Positions 62,537 to 64,000 of a stretch of 64,000 nt of DNA are shown in pieces (the first letter of the stretch is position 1; the number at the start of each line of letters is the position of its first letter). The notes under the pieces were generated by a model that had not been told where the DNA came from, did no database searches, and was given only the letters and a program-made list of their open reading frames with translations. The position numbers were made by a program, and so were the translations under genes. The stretch comes from Eledone cirrhosa (lineage: Eukaryota): positions 2,790,001-2,854,000 of the forward strand of contig OZ024759.1 of the NCBI GenBank assembly GCA_964016885.1, written 5' to 3'.

Positions 62537-64000
62537 TCATGAAGGACAGGGACACAGCAGTGAAACTGTCCATAAAACCAATTACATCCACCGCATACAC
62601 CTTCTACCCTACGTACATCGGTAGAAGGACACAAAAAATAAAAATTCATACCATCCTGCCGATTATGGACATATGGTGGGTATTGACAGGTTTCCTGGAC
62701 CTGGAGGATGACATGCTGGTGTCCATGGGAAAGGCATCAGGTGATGCGTTCAGTGGAACGGGCCTTGAACTTGTAGTTCAAATGAGGCCCGAAAGGATCG
62801 CCCAGATCCCTGAACGCGTCATACTGGATGATCAAACTTTTATCAACATTACCGTTGAGGGTAGGCGGCCCTCGTGTTACCTCTGTGGAGCCAGAGGTCA
62901 CCTGAGGGCTGTCTGTCCTCAACTTAATAAGAAAACCCCAATCCTGCCTACACCACCAACAACTGCACAACCAACACAATCACCACAACTACCACTACAA
63001 AAACAACAACCACAGTTCAAACCAAAACAAAACAATGTCCAACCCCACTAAAAAAAAAACAATTTCCAAAACACCCGCACCGCAAACACAACCTGAAAAT
63101 CTACCCCTCCCCTCCAACGCGGAAGATGACCCTCGTTCGTCGTCAGACGAGGAGGAGCACTTCCATACAATCAAAAGAAAAAAAAGAAAATACACAAATG
63201 AAAACACACAAATGAAAACAACCCCTCCCCAAAACATAACACTGACACCAACACAAAAGAGCCCACAACAACAGCAAACAAAAAACACCACACAAAAACA
63301 AAAACATGCATACACATACATAAACACAAGAAATAAAAAACTGATAAACATTGTGTACAACAACAATTTAGTAAAAGCCCAAGGGCCTAACTTCACCCAG
63401 GCAGGGGATTTCCCCCACCTCAAAATGATTAAGGCCCCAGAGGACACATATAAAACACTAAAAAACAACTTTAAAGAGGACGTGCCCCCCCCCGCGTCGG
63501 GCCCATTAACCGCGTCCTCCTAAAAACTTCCCCACCCCCTCCCCAAACACCCACACAACACACTGATGCCCGTACACTTCCACAAACCACCACCCCACCC
63601 AACAACCCATTCCCCACCCTAATGGAAATTGTGCAGCCCGATACCCTGGACGCAGAGAGGTAAGTGCCTTTTCTCTTCACCACCAACATGGCTATGCTAA
63701 GAGTAGGCTGTTTAAATGCGCGTGGCCTGGGCTCAACTTGGAAGCAAGCAATGCTTCTAAATGACCTCAGGTCACAACGTATAGATGTGATGGTTATTTG
63801 CGAGGCCCGGATCAGCAACGTGCGACAGCTGGCCCCCACCTTTGATGACTTTGAGATGCACGCATCTCTCTGTCAGCCCGGAGGTGGGGGTGGGGTTGTC
63901 ATTCTGCTGCAAAAACATCTGGGTCTCGCAACACAGACGGTACATTTGGACCCGGAGGGTCGACTAGTGGTTCTGGACCTTGGCAGTGGTGAAGGCGGAG
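62537..64000 (+). mobile_element. Second, diverged Tx1-like LINE: 5'-truncated ORF1 with frameshifts, and the ORF2 start at 63688; runs off the right edge
   Basis: YIGRRTQKI..VQMRPERIAQIP..EGRRPSCYLCGARGHLRAVCPQL. ORF2 begins MAMLRVGCLNARGLG..HLDPEGRLVVLD. Confidence 0.9.

Overview
This is eukaryotic, AT-rich, repeat-dominated animal DNA. The SINE, MITE and RTE families look like those I remember from octopod cephalopods, but this is not verified by a search. The only host-gene material I can support is two phase-compatible coding exons of a SPAG17/PF6-like gene on + (30016-30160 and 46745-47534), so the window is probably mostly intron. The rest is: four tandem arrays (15, 48, 35 and 72 bp units, each apparently grown from a piece of a transposon); six RTE-clade LINE copies or fragments, with a PHD finger inside the RT; a 5'-truncated Penelope-like element (RT + GIY-YIG) with an open frame; a near full-length Tx1-like LINE plus three partial relatives; a non-autonomous Helitron; MITEs; and SINEs. 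The most notable result is five different type I hammerhead ribozyme motifs, all beside microsatellites. One ends the Penelope-like element, one lies in a 330-nt terminally redundant retrozyme-like unit, and one is on the sense strand about 110 nt upstream of a SPAG17 exon. There is also a nested structure at 51.1-61.0 kb in which a Tx1-like LINE sits in tandem repeats inside a TTAA-flanked MITE. The long repetitive ORFs in the ORF track are by-products of the satellites.
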